Notes: generated by a model from the letters alone, not told the origin. A stretch of DNA of 64,000 nt from Candidatus Methylomirabilota bacterium (GCA_046726415.1 JBKPAK010000107.1:1997-65996); one strand, 5' to 3'; positions 30,963 to 40,740 are shown, numbered from the stretch's first letter. Numbers and translations: made by a program.

Positions 30963-31976
30963 TCAACGGCCTAGATGAGGCATGACCTTCTGGGCAATGG
31001 CCACCATCAGTGCCGTGATGCCGGCCATGTCCCCTGAATTCAAGGCCAGCACGATATGGTCCACCCCGGCGCTCTGGTAGGCCCGAATACCCGCGATCAT
31101 CTGGTCCGCGTTGTCTCCAGGCAGACGCGCGCGACTCGCCGCCCGCTGGCTCGACGCCTTACCGCCCACTTCGACCTCGACGCGCATGGACATGGTCAGG
31201 AGATCTGGGTCCCGGCCAGCGGCCATGGCCAGCTTGCGTACTTCCTCGCGTCCCGCGCGAAACTCCTCGGACGACAGACCGGTCGGGTGCCACCCATCTC
31301 CCAGGGTCGCGGCGCGCCGCAGCGCGCCTGAACTCGAACCGCCAACCCAGAGGGGGATCGCCGGTTGCTGCACCGGCTTGGGAGCGAACTTGAAGCCAGC
31401 CAGGTTCCAGCGCTGGCTGCGGTAGTGGGGATCGGGGTTGGTCCACAGCTCCTTCATGATCTCCATGCCCTCGTTCGTGAGGGCACCGCGTTGCCGGAAT
31501 GGTACGCCCAAGGCGTCGAACTCTTCCGTCATCGCACCCGCCCCGACGCCCAGGATCACCCGGCCACCCGACATCTGGTCCAAGGTGGCGGCGTATTTGG
31601 CCAGTTCCACCGGATTGTGGTACGGCAACACCAGCACCGAGGTGCCCAGTCTGACTCGCTTGGTGGTGGCCGCCAGGTAGGACAGCGTGGCAAGCGGGTG
31701 ATAGTACGGCTTGTCGTCGAGGCGTGCTCGAATGTAGCCGCTGTTCAACAGATGATCCATGACCCAGACGGAGTCGTAGCCCAGCGCTTCGGCCAGCGGC
31801 CCCATGGCCAGGACCTGCCGGGGATCAGCGACACCCCAGTTATTGGGGATGGTCACGCCAACTTGCATGGGCGCTATCCTAACTCTTCCAGCAGCAACAG
31901 GCCTCCGCGCGGGCCGCTCCTCCGCTGGTTTCGGCCCGTCTGTTGCCGGCCTCGGCCCTTCGTGAGGCGCCGTCAC
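30963..31976 (-). CDS. LLM-class F420-dependent oxidoreductase
   Basis: Start is either GTG overlapping the upstream stop (GTGA at 31973-31976) or ATG (complement of 31866-31868, MQVGVTIPN...). Confidence 0.75.
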   Translation of the reverse strand: MTAPHEGPRPATDGPKPAEERPARRPVAAGRVRIAPMQVGVTIPNNWGVADPRQVLAMGPLAEALGYDSVWVMDHLLNSGYIRARLDDKPYYHPLATLSYLAATTKRVRLGTSVLVLPYHNPVELAKYAATLDQMSGGRVILGVGAGAMTEEFDALGVPFRQRGALTNEGMEIMKELWTNPDPHYRSQRWNLAGFKFAPKPVQQPAIPLWVGGSSSGALRRAATLGDGWHPTGLSSEEFRAGREEVRKLAMAAGRDPDLLTMSMRVEVEVGGKASSQRAASRARLPGDNADQMIAGIRAYQSAGVDHIVLALNSGDMAGITALMVAIAQKVMPHLGR

Positions 31977-33394
31977 ACGGCGGGGCCATCCTGGATGGCG
32001 GCGGCCAGCTTGCCGGGAACGCGGCGGCCGTCGCCCGCTTGACCGCTGAGCTTCCCGTTCTCGACCACCACCCTGCCGCGTAGGGTCACCACGGCTGGCC
32101 AGCCGTGGACCTCCCAGCCGTCCCAGGCGCTGTAATCGGAGCCGTGGAGATCCTCGGAGCGCAGTGTGCGGCGCACCGTCGGATCGAAGACGACGATGTC
32201 GGCGTCGCTGCCCGGAGCGAGCACGCCCTTCCGCGGATAGAGGCCGAGGAGCTTAGCCGCGTTCGTCGCGGTGACGTCCACGAAGCGCTCGAGCGACATT
32301 CCGCGCTTGGATACGCCCTCGGTGTAGATGACCGGCACGCGTGTCTCCACGCCGACGTGGCCGCCGGTGGCGTCGGCCACGTGGCGGCTGCGCACCTTCA
32401 CCGCACGCGGTGTGCACAGTTCGTCGGTGGCCACGGTGCTCAAGGTTCCGCTCCGGAGCCCGGTCCACAGGCGCTGGCGGTCCTCCTCGTACTTGAGCGA
32501 GGGATAGGTGTGGTAGAGGACACCGTCGGGCCGTTGGTACATCTCAGCGGTGAAGGTCGCGTAGTGGTGCAGCGTCTCGCCGTAGATGGCACGGCCCTCG
32601 GCGCGCGCCTCCGCGATGGCGGAGACGCCCGCCCCGGCGCTCACGTGCACGAAGTACACGGCGACGCCCTCGACGTAGCGCGCCAGCCGCAGCACGCGGC
32701 GGAACGAGATGTCCTCCGACATGACGCTGTGGACGAGCGGCATGTGCTGAATGTCGGTGCGGCCTTCGCGCTCCAGGCGTTCGTACATGTACATGACGAG
32801 GTCGTCGTCTTCGCCGTGGATCGCCAGGATGCCGCCGTGCTTGGCCGCCTGCTCCATGATGGCCCACAGGTGGCCCAGGCGGATCATGCGACCCTTGCCG
32901 ACGGGCCGGACGTCGGTCGTGAAGATCTTCAAGCTCGGGAAGCCCGCCTGGATGGCTTCCGGGATCTGATCGATGACGTCCGGGGGGACCGCGCCCTGTA
33001 GCATCACGTGAAGGGCGTGATCCGTGTAGCCGGGGCGCCAGACCGCCTCCTTGTCCTCGATGGCCCGGGCGATCGTCATGCCCGGCTCCCAGACGGCGAA
33101 GTCGACCAGCGTTGTCGTCCCCCCGCAGACGGCGGCGCGGCTGACCTGCTCGGGCGGCGCGCTGGTCGTGAATCCGCCGCCCCGCGCCGGGATTGGCCAA
33201 TGGGTGTGCACGTGCGGGTCGATGCCACCCGGGATGACGAGCTTGCCGGTAGCGTCGACGACACGGCCGGCATCGTGGGGCAGCGTCCCCGGCGCAGCGA
33301 CGGCGACAATTCGCCCGCCCTCGACACCGACGTCCCAGGCGCCCACGCCCTGGGGAGTCACGACCTGTCCACCGCGGATCACGAGATCGAGCAT
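31973..33394 (-). CDS. dihydropyrimidinase / D-hydantoinase-like cyclic amidohydrolase
   Basis: MLDLVIRGGQVVTPQGV...IPGGIDPHVHT... metal-binding HxH motif; RBS GAAGGAG 8 nt upstream of ATG (complement of 33392-33394). Confidence 0.85.
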   Translation of the reverse strand: MLDLVIRGGQVVTPQGVGAWDVGVEGGRIVAVAAPGTLPHDAGRVVDATGKLVIPGGIDPHVHTHWPIPARGGGFTTSAPPEQVSRAAVCGGTTTLVDFAVWEPGMTIARAIEDKEAVWRPGYTDHALHVMLQGAVPPDVIDQIPEAIQAGFPSLKIFTTDVRPVGKGRMIRLGHLWAIMEQAAKHGGILAIHGEDDDLVMYMYERLEREGRTDIQHMPLVHSVMSEDISFRRVLRLARYVEGVAVYFVHVSAGAGVSAIAEARAEGRAIYGETLHHYATFTAEMYQRPDGVLYHTYPSLKYEEDRQRLWTGLRSGTLSTVATDELCTPRAVKVRSRHVADATGGHVGVETRVPVIYTEGVSKRGMSLERFVDVTATNAAKLLGLYPRKGVLAPGSDADIVVFDPTVRRTLRSEDLHGSDYSAWDGWEVHGWPAVVTLRGRVVVENGKLSGQAGDGRRVPGKLAAAIQDGPAV

Positions 33395-33413
33395 GGCGTT
33401 CTCTCCATCTCCT

Positions 33414-34664
33414 TCAGGTGTCGCCGAACAGGAGGGCCTTGATGCGCTCGGGCTCGCGGAGCAGCCCGCCCACCTTGGTGAGGGCCGCGTCGACTGCCTG
33501 CGAGAACTTCTCCGGCCCGCCAAACCTCTCGAGCGTTTCCGGGGGGACGAACTTGAAGAGGATGTTGGCGGTTCCCGGCGGCATGCCGACGAAATGAACC
33601 GTGAGCATCCGGTAATCCTGAAGGAGGATCATGCAGAAAGCGGCGGCCGCCTCGTACGGCACGACGGGCGGCTCCTTCACGCCCCCCCGCTCCATGGCGA
33701 TCGCCAGGAGGTCATCCGCGAGGAGCTGCGCCGTCGTCGGCGTCTGGTGAAGGCGGGTACCGAGGATCGGCCGGAGGGCGTCGGCGACGCGCCGGGTCGA
33801 GGCGATGAGCTCGCGGACGCGCTCGGGACGATACTGCTCGAGCGTGCGCACGACGGCGGCGTAGAGCATGGGCCGCGCCTCGAGGCCGCACTCGAAGCCC
33901 TTTGCGCGGATGCGCCCCACCAGCGCCTTGTCGCCGGCCATGAGGCCGAAGCGCGGTCCGATCGTGCCGTACTTGTCGAGGCCGGTCGCCCCCAGGTCCA
34001 CCCCCAGCTCCAGCATCCGCGGGTGGTCGAAGGCGGCGGGGGCCACCCGCGCGCCGCCGGCGTCGTCGACATACACCGGCGCCCCCTTATCGTGCGCGAG
34101 CTTCACCACCGTGCGGATATCCTCGATCGACATCAGCTCGTAGGTGACGGCAAGGCGCGTGAGGACGACGAGCGCCACCGTGGGTTCGCGCTCGAGGGCA
34201 CGCGCGAACTCGGCGACGCCAACCGTGTCGATGAACCGAGCGCCAGCCTGGGCGGCCGCGCGAATCACCGACGGGTGGCTGTGGCTCGCCGAGGCGCCGA
34301 CCACCACGTCGCCTGCGCGGACCAAGGTCAAATGGGTGGCGAGGGTGGCGCCGGTCAGCCGGTTGAAGACGGCGATATCGTGGAACTCCTCCGAGCCCCC
34401 GAGGTGCCGGAGGGTGAGCTCCTTCAATCGGTCGAGATAGATCGCCGGGGCTAGCTCATCGTCCGCCCACTGGATCTCCTCGGCCGTCATCGCCAGCCCG
34501 TGCTCGAGGCCCGTGAAGACGAAGATCGACGCCGGTCCGTGCTGGCTGATGATGCTCCACGCGTGGCGGAGCTTGCGGAAGTCGTCCTCGGTGCTCGAGA
34601 GGATGCGCCCGCGCGCGTACGAGAGCGCGGGCGCGTGAGCGTTGTTGAACCGATCTCTGTCCAT
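33414..34664 (-). CDS. PLP-dependent SelA-like / cystathionine-beta-lyase-fold enzyme of unknown specificity
   Basis: MDRDRFNNAHAPALSYARG... with a candidate PLP-Lys in GLDKYGTIGPRFGLMAG (compare SelA GDKLLGGPQAG); RBS GAAGGAG before ATG (complement of 34662-34664). Confidence 0.6.
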   Translation of the reverse strand: MDRDRFNNAHAPALSYARGRILSSTEDDFRKLRHAWSIISQHGPASIFVFTGLEHGLAMTAEEIQWADDELAPAIYLDRLKELTLRHLGGSEEFHDIAVFNRLTGATLATHLTLVRAGDVVVGASASHSHPSVIRAAAQAGARFIDTVGVAEFARALEREPTVALVVLTRLAVTYELMSIEDIRTVVKLAHDKGAPVYVDDAGGARVAPAAFDHPRMLELGVDLGATGLDKYGTIGPRFGLMAGDKALVGRIRAKGFECGLEARPMLYAAVVRTLEQYRPERVRELIASTRRVADALRPILGTRLHQTPTTAQLLADDLLAIAMERGGVKEPPVVPYEAAAAFCMILLQDYRMLTVHFVGMPPGTANILFKFVPPETLERFGGPEKFSQAVDAALTKVGGLLREPERIKALLFGDT

Positions 34665-34723
34665 GCCTGACTCCTTCGCGCAGAGCGCGCGTCCTAGGTC
34701 CCGGCCTGCTTGTCGCCTCCGCC

Positions 34724-35731
34724 TCAGTACTCGTCGAACATGCGCTGGACCTCGGCCACGTCGTCCGTGCGGGTGAGGGCCAGCATGGCGAGCACGCGCG
34801 CCTTCTGAGGATTGAGATTGTCGGCCACGACGAACCCCTGCTCGCGCAGGGTGGTTCGGGGCAGGACGCGACCGCTCCCCGCCCGGCTCGAGAGCACGAC
34901 CAGGACGCCGCACCGGCGCGCCTCCTGGAGCGCGTCCGTCTCGGCCGGTGTCGTCATGCCGGGTGGGAGCGACGCTGACACGATGCCCCGGGCGCCCGCG
35001 CCGACGAAGGCCTGGATGGCCGCGCCATCTGCTCCGGCATACGACGCCGCGATGTCCACGCGTGGGAGGTCAGTTCGGCCTCGCACATCGAACTCCGTCG
35101 ACGGCGCGTGGCGCCGCGTCGGCCGCCGATAGATGGCGACGCGACCGTCCGGGTCGGCGTACCCGAGCATGCCGAGGTCCGGACTCCGGAACGTCTCGAG
35201 CCGAAGCGTCGACGCCTTGGTCACCTCGCGCGCCGCCTGGATCTCGTCGTTGAGGAGCACGAGCACGCCGAGCCCGCGCGCCTCCGGTGCTCCCGCGACG
35301 CGTATCGCGTTCAGGAGGTTGAGCCCGGCATCCGAGCTGAGGCCGGTGGCCGGCCGCTGCGACCCGACCAGCACTACGGTGGTATCGACTTTGAGCGTGA
35401 GGTTCAGGAAGTATGATGTCTCCTCGAGCGTCGCCGTGCCGTGGGTGACCACGACCCCGTCGAGTGGCGCCTCGCGGATGACTGCGTCGTGTACCGCCTC
35501 GTCGAGGGCGAGCCAGTCGCCCGGCCCGATGGCCGGACTGGACACCGAGCGGAAGCGGACGGAGACGACCTCCGCGGCCTCGGTGGCCTCCGGGAACCGC
35601 ACCAGGAGCTCGTCGGGCTCGGCCTTGCGGCCCGCGTCCATGTATTCCCAGAGGTCAAGGCTCCCCCGGCCGATCGAGGAGATCGTGCCGCCGGTGCCAA
35701 TGAGTGCCACCCGCAGCTTCGCCGACGTCAT
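34724..35731 (-). CDS. L-asparaginase (type II/Ntn-independent asparaginase family)
   Basis: MTSAKLRVALIGTGGTISS...VVTHGTATLEETSYFL... threonine-triad motifs. Confidence 0.85.
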   Translation of the reverse strand: MTSAKLRVALIGTGGTISSIGRGSLDLWEYMDAGRKAEPDELLVRFPEATEAAEVVSVRFRSVSSPAIGPGDWLALDEAVHDAVIREAPLDGVVVTHGTATLEETSYFLNLTLKVDTTVVLVGSQRPATGLSSDAGLNLLNAIRVAGAPEARGLGVLVLLNDEIQAAREVTKASTLRLETFRSPDLGMLGYADPDGRVAIYRRPTRRHAPSTEFDVRGRTDLPRVDIAASYAGADGAAIQAFVGAGARGIVSASLPPGMTTPAETDALQEARRCGVLVVLSSRAGSGRVLPRTTLREQGFVVADNLNPQKARVLAMLALTRTDDVAEVQRMFDEY

Positions 35732-35976
35732 GTGCCCTGGGCGGGAACTTCGGCGGCCGGCTTCTCGACCACCGTTCCCTTGAAGAAGTCCGGGTTCACC
35801 TCGTCCCAGAAGCGCCCGGCATCAGTGAACATGATGCCTCGGAAATTGTCGGCGGTGAGGAGCCCGTGCTCCACCAGCTCGTTTTGGCGAGCGCGCCGGG
35901 CTAAAGCCTCCACCGCCGTGTCACCTCCGATGCGCCGGAACTCCTCACGCATGAGCGGGGCGTACTCCGCCCCCAT
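35728..35976 (-). CDS. small hypothetical ORF (82 aa), stop overlaps the asparaginase start (ATGA)
   Basis: Reasonable GC3; no recognisable domain and no obvious RBS. Confidence 0.35.
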   Translation of the reverse strand: MGAEYAPLMREEFRRIGGDTAVEALARRARQNELVEHGLLTADNFRGIMFTDAGRFWDEVNPDFFKGTVVEKPAAEVPAQGT

Positions 35977-36512
35977 GCCCGTCCGCGTCGATGATCGGGG
36001 GCTTGAACCGGGAATGAAGCTTGCGCGCTTCGGTCTGACCGTTGGTGAGCATTGGCCGATCCTCCCGGCTGAGCGTTACGGGGTGAATGATATCCGATGC
36101 TGCTCCCGCGGCATGGATCACCAATAGCCGAGGCGGTCTTACACCAGCGGTGCAAGCCCATAGGACGGCGTGTGCGGCGGCTCCAGAAGGGGGCGTCCGC
36201 CCAACGGGTTTCCCGGCGGTAGTGCTCGCGCTGTAGATCGAGATAGGTGCCGTAGGTTCGTTGCAAGAGATCCCGATAGGCGAGCTGCGCATCGGCATGG
36301 CCGGCGCGAAGGTCGACGATGGCGTGTCCGCCGTAGAAGCCCGAGCCCATGGCGGAGGCCACACCGTGGGACCACAGCCGGCTAGACCGGGTCTTCCTCG
36401 GGGCGGACTGGCCGGCGCTTCGGACCGTGGGCCGCGTCGATCCGGCGACGTGGGTAAGGGTGCTGCGGGAGCTCCGAGCGCGCGCTCCAGGTCTAACCCC
36501 CGCGCCTCTCCC

Positions 36513-37622
36513 TCAATCCATCCCGTACAGCCGGGCGCAGTTGTCCCACATGATCTTGCGCTTGGCCGAGTCGGACAGCGGAAGCTTCAAGAACCGCTCG
36601 GAGGCCTCGGGATATTTCGCGTCGGCGTGCGGATAGTCCGTGGAGAAGACAATGTTCCCCTCGCCCAGCCAGTCCACGGTGTACTTCGCCGGCTCCTCGT
36701 CGCAATCGACTGAGACCCAGCACTGGCGCTTGAAGTACTCCGTGGGTGTCATCGTGAAGTGGGGCGCGTCCCACTCTCGTCGCCATTCGTAGTGCTCGTC
36801 CAGCCGCCAGAGGAGGAAGGGCACCCAGGAGCAGTTGCCCTCCAGGAAACCCACGCGCAAGGCGGGAAAGCGTGCCAGCACGCCTCCGCCGACAAAATCC
36901 ACGGCGGCCTGCATCATCTCCATCGGGTGCGTACAGGTGTGGTGCAACATCACCTGAGGGAAGCGCGCACCGACCTGGGGAAGATAGACGAGTCCACCCT
37001 CGTGAAAACAGACGGCCATGCCGAGCCGCTCGGCTTCCGCCCAGAGGGGATCGTAGTAGGGATCGTGCCAGTTGCGGGCGTGCACCACGTTCGGTCGCAG
37101 GAAGATGGCCCGGAACCCGCGTTGCGCCATGCGACGGGCTTCGGCCGCGGCAGCCGCGACGTGATGGGGCGCCACCATGGCCGCGCCGATCAGGCGGCCG
37201 GGATCGGAGGCGCAGAAATCGGCCAGCCAGTCGTTGTAGGCACGGGCGATGGCGGCTGCGAGGTCGGGCTCCAGGTCATCGGTGGCCAGGGCGTAGAGGC
37301 CCCGCGTCGGGAAGAGCACGGCCACATCGATGCCCTCGATGTTCATCGCCTCGAGCTGGGACCGGGGGTCGTAGTTCTGCTCAATGGCACGTCGGTAGCG
37401 GTCCGCCTTGCGCGCATACATGGTCTGGTAGTGGGCCTGGGGGGTGGCGGCGATCCGCGGCATCACCTTGCCGGCGACCTCCAGGACCGAGGGATTCTCC
37501 GGACCCGGCCAGCCGCGGGGGGCTTGAGCCTTGAAGGCGGGGTCGATGTAGCGCTGCCACAAGTCCGGCGGCTCGATGATGTGCATGTCCGAATCCAGGA
37601 GCTTGAAGCCATTCTTGGCCAT
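36513..37622 (-). CDS. amidohydrolase-2 family hydrolase, paralogue of 890-2017
   Basis: MAKNGFKLLDSDMHIIEPPDLWQRYIDPAFKAQAP... aligns along its full length with the first amidohydrolase. Confidence 0.85.
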   Translation of the reverse strand: MAKNGFKLLDSDMHIIEPPDLWQRYIDPAFKAQAPRGWPGPENPSVLEVAGKVMPRIAATPQAHYQTMYARKADRYRRAIEQNYDPRSQLEAMNIEGIDVAVLFPTRGLYALATDDLEPDLAAAIARAYNDWLADFCASDPGRLIGAAMVAPHHVAAAAAEARRMAQRGFRAIFLRPNVVHARNWHDPYYDPLWAEAERLGMAVCFHEGGLVYLPQVGARFPQVMLHHTCTHPMEMMQAAVDFVGGGVLARFPALRVGFLEGNCSWVPFLLWRLDEHYEWRREWDAPHFTMTPTEYFKRQCWVSVDCDEEPAKYTVDWLGEGNIVFSTDYPHADAKYPEASERFLKLPLSDSAKRKIMWDNCARLYGMD

Positions 37623-37743
37623 CTTCGCCTCCCTCTCTCTGGAGAACCACCATTTGCGATCCCGCGCGCGCGGTTATCATGGCCCATCGAGCGAACTGAG
37701 ACCAGCCGGCGCTCGTGGACCTTTCTCGGTCTGGAGTGACGAT

Positions 37744-38583
37744 ATGAGCGAGTTCGAGGGAAAGACCGTGATGATCACGGGGTGCGCCAGGGCGCGTGGG
37801 ATGGGCCGAGCCCTCGCCGTCGCGTTCGCCCGGGCCGGGGCTGACGTGGTAGCGACCGACGTGGCCACGGGCGGGACGCGGAACGAGAACGAGGAGGGCC
37901 TCGAAGAAATTCGCCTGGGTTGGAAGGGCCTGGAGAGCCTGGCCACCGAGATCGAGGGACTCGGTCGCCGCGTCGTCACCGTCGTAGGTGACGTGAGTCG
38001 CGCAGCCGACGCGGAGCGCATGGTCGGGGAAGCGCTGGCGCGGTTCGGTCGCATCGACATTCTCGTCAACAACGCCGCCGCACCTCACGGTGCCGACCGT
38101 CGGCTCCTCTGGGAAGTGCCGGAGGACGCGTGGGACCTCGTCATTGACGTCAATCTCAAGGGCGTGTACCTCATGAGCCGCGCCGTGATCCCCCACATGC
38201 TGGCCCGGGGGAGCGGGCGGATCGTCAACATGGCGTCGGTCGCGGGCAAGCGGGGAACGGCGCGGCGAGGCGCCTACGCGGCATCGAAGTTCGGCGTGAT
38301 CGGTCTCACCCAGGTGATGGCCCAAGAAGTGGCCCCCCACGGCATCACGGTGAACGCGATCTGTCCCGGCAGCGTCGACACGAGCCGGCGCGAATCGACC
38401 TCACGGCGCGAGCGCGTGCTCACGGAGCGCGACCCGCATGCCCCCGTGCTCACCCTTCCCCCTACCGGCCGGGTCGCCCGTCCCGACGACATCGCGCGTC
38501 TGGCCCTGTTCTTCGCCTCCGAGCAGAGCGACCACATCACCGGTCAGGCCTGGAACGTGGACGGCGGGGCGGTGATGCACTGA
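37744..38583 (+). CDS. SDR-family oxidoreductase
   Basis: MSEFEGKTVMITGCARARGMGRALAVAFARAG...NNAA...YAASK. Confidence 0.8.
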   Translation: MSEFEGKTVMITGCARARGMGRALAVAFARAGADVVATDVATGGTRNENEEGLEEIRLGWKGLESLATEIEGLGRRVVTVVGDVSRAADAERMVGEALARFGRIDILVNNAAAPHGADRRLLWEVPEDAWDLVIDVNLKGVYLMSRAVIPHMLARGSGRIVNMASVAGKRGTARRGAYAASKFGVIGLTQVMAQEVAPHGITVNAICPGSVDTSRRESTSRRERVLTERDPHAPVLTLPPTGRVARPDDIARLALFFASEQSDHITGQAWNVDGGAVMH

Positions 38584-38662
38584 TGACGCGCCGGTACGTC
38601 TGTCCTAGACTGACCCCCGCGTCGGCACCAGGGCGCGGAATACATCTTCGCGAGTGAGGAGC

Positions 38663-40354
38663 ATGGCGATGAAGGCCGGCCAGGCGGTCATCGAGGCGCT
38701 GCGAGCGGAGGGCGTCGAGTACACGTTCGGTGTGGTGGGGACGACGACCAACAGCATCGTCACCGAGATGTACGGGCGAAGCGACATCACATTCGTCGAC
38801 ACCCGGCACGAGGAAGGCGCCGCCTTCATGGCCTACGGCTACGCCCGGGCCTCGGGCAAGCCTACCGCGTGCATCACCACCTCTGGGCCGGGCACCACCA
38901 ATCTCGTGACCGGCATCGCCCTCGCTCACAAGGGCCGCGCGCCGGTAATCGTGCTCGCCGGTGACGTGGCCCGCGACTACATCCATCGCGACGGGAACCA
39001 AGCCTTCGACCTGGTAGGGCTCTTCAAGCCCATTACCAAGCTCGCCCTCCAGGTGAACAAGACCGAGCGCATCCCCGAGATGCTGCACTACGCCTTCCGC
39101 GCCGCGCTCTCCGACAAGGGCGGCCCGGTGCTCCTCGACATCCCCCGCGACCTTCTCGACAACCAGGAGATCGTCGGCGAGGTGCTGCCTCCCCGCGCCT
39201 ACCGCGCGGTGGACGCGCGCCAGGCTGGCGACGCCGAGGCCATCCAGCGCGCGGCCACGCTGCTCACCCAGGCCCAGCGTCCGCTCCTCCTTGCGGGCGG
39301 CGGCGTCATCGACGCCGAGGCCAGCAAGGAGGCGGTGGCCCTCGCCGAACTCCTCGACATGGCCCTCGTGCCCTCCTATGGGCACAACGACGCGGTGCCC
39401 AACAGTCATCATCTCTATGTAGGCCCGCCCGGTGGGCGCGGCTCCGGCGAGGCCGCCGAGGCCCTTCACCGCGCCGACGTCATCCTGGCCCTGGGCACGC
39501 GCCTCAACCAGTCGACGACGTTCTGGGATCACCGGGTGATCGATCCCAGGACAGCCATCGTGCAGGTCGACATCGACACCCAGGAGATCGGGCGCAACTA
39601 TCCCGTGGCCGTCGGCATCGTGGGCGACGCCCGCGCCGTTGCCGGAGAGCTCCTCAAGACCCTCCGCGAAACCTACCGCGAGGGGCGATCGAACCCGGCT
39701 TGGCGGAGCGAGGTGGGGGCGCTCGCCGCGCGGCGCCAGGCGAGGCTCGACGCCGAGCGCACCATGACCGGCTCGCCGATGATGCCCCAGCGCGTGTTCC
39801 CCGAATTGCGGAAGGTGCTCCCGCGCGACTGCATGGTCACCATCGACGCCGGCGTGGCCCCGGGGCTCGGCTACGATCGGCTCCACTTCGAGATCCCGCG
39901 CACCATGTTCAACTACGCTGGTCATGGGGGGCTCGGCATGGGACTCGGCGTGGGGCTAGGGACGAAGCTCGGCCGGCCGGATCGTGCGGCCGTGAGCCTC
40001 CAGGGCGACGGCGGCTTCCTCTACACCGCCCAGGAACTGAACACCGCGGTCCGCTGGAACATCCCGCTCGTCAGTGTCGTGCTCAACAACGGCTGCCACG
40101 GCGCCGAGAAGGCCCAGCAGCAGCGCTTCTTTGGCGGCCGCTACATCGGCGTGGACCTCGTCAACCCCCGCTTCGACCGTCTGGCCGAGGTCTACGGCGC
40201 CCGCGGTGCCTACGTGCAGCACCCCGACGAGATTGGCGACGCGGTCAAGCAAGCGCTGGCGGCGAACGGCCCGACCGTGATCGAGATCCCCGTCGCCGAG
40301 TACTTCCCCGCGGCCGCGCCGACGCCGGGCCCCGGCCGTGCCGCGCGGCACTGA
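38663..40354 (+). CDS. thiamine-pyrophosphate-dependent enzyme (acetolactate-synthase-like large subunit family)
   Basis: N-terminal PYR domain GVEYTFGVVGTTTNSIV, C-terminal TPP-binding GDGGFLYTAQELNTAVRWNIPLVSVVLNN; start ambiguous among 38654 (GTG), 38663 and 38669 (ATG). Confidence 0.8.
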   Translation: MAMKAGQAVIEALRAEGVEYTFGVVGTTTNSIVTEMYGRSDITFVDTRHEEGAAFMAYGYARASGKPTACITTSGPGTTNLVTGIALAHKGRAPVIVLAGDVARDYIHRDGNQAFDLVGLFKPITKLALQVNKTERIPEMLHYAFRAALSDKGGPVLLDIPRDLLDNQEIVGEVLPPRAYRAVDARQAGDAEAIQRAATLLTQAQRPLLLAGGGVIDAEASKEAVALAELLDMALVPSYGHNDAVPNSHHLYVGPPGGRGSGEAAEALHRADVILALGTRLNQSTTFWDHRVIDPRTAIVQVDIDTQEIGRNYPVAVGIVGDARAVAGELLKTLRETYREGRSNPAWRSEVGALAARRQARLDAERTMTGSPMMPQRVFPELRKVLPRDCMVTIDAGVAPGLGYDRLHFEIPRTMFNYAGHGGLGMGLGVGLGTKLGRPDRAAVSLQGDGGFLYTAQELNTAVRWNIPLVSVVLNNGCHGAEKAQQQRFFGGRYIGVDLVNPRFDRLAEVYGARGAYVQHPDEIGDAVKQALAANGPTVIEIPVAEYFPAAAPTPGPGRAARH

Positions 40355-40382
40355 TTCGTCGATGAAGGACCGCAGCTCACGA

Positions 40383-40740
40383 TCAGTTGTCCGGCGGCAT
40401 CGCTCCTCTTCGGGGTGAGCAGCGGTTCCAGCAGGATCGGCAGTGACGTGAGCGTCGCGCCGGACGGTCCCATGGCGTCGGCCACGGGCCGGGGCGGCGA
40501 TCGTGCCGCCCTTCCCCCACGCCCTTGAACCCGCCGGGCGTGAGGGGCGACGCGGTGCTGACGTGGCTCACCGTGAGGAACGGCAGGTCGGCCGCTGTCG
40601 GCCGGGCGTACTCCATGAGGCTCGCGCTCAGGTTCTGCCCGGCCTCGCCGTAGACCACTCGCTCGCCGAACGCCTCCCCGATGCCCTGCGCGACGGCCCC
40701 GTGCGTCTGGCCTTCGCGGCGACCTCGTTGACCGGGCGCG
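40383..40740 (-). pseudogene. C-terminal remnant of a CoxL/xanthine-dehydrogenase-family Mo-hydroxylase large subunit, multiply frameshifted
   Basis: Minus-strand frames read GAVAQGIGEAFGERVVYGEAGQNLSASLMEYARPTAADLPFLTVSHVSTASPLTPGGFKGVGEG, then GKGGTIAAPA in another frame; the N-terminal roughly 700 aa are absent. Confidence 0.6.
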
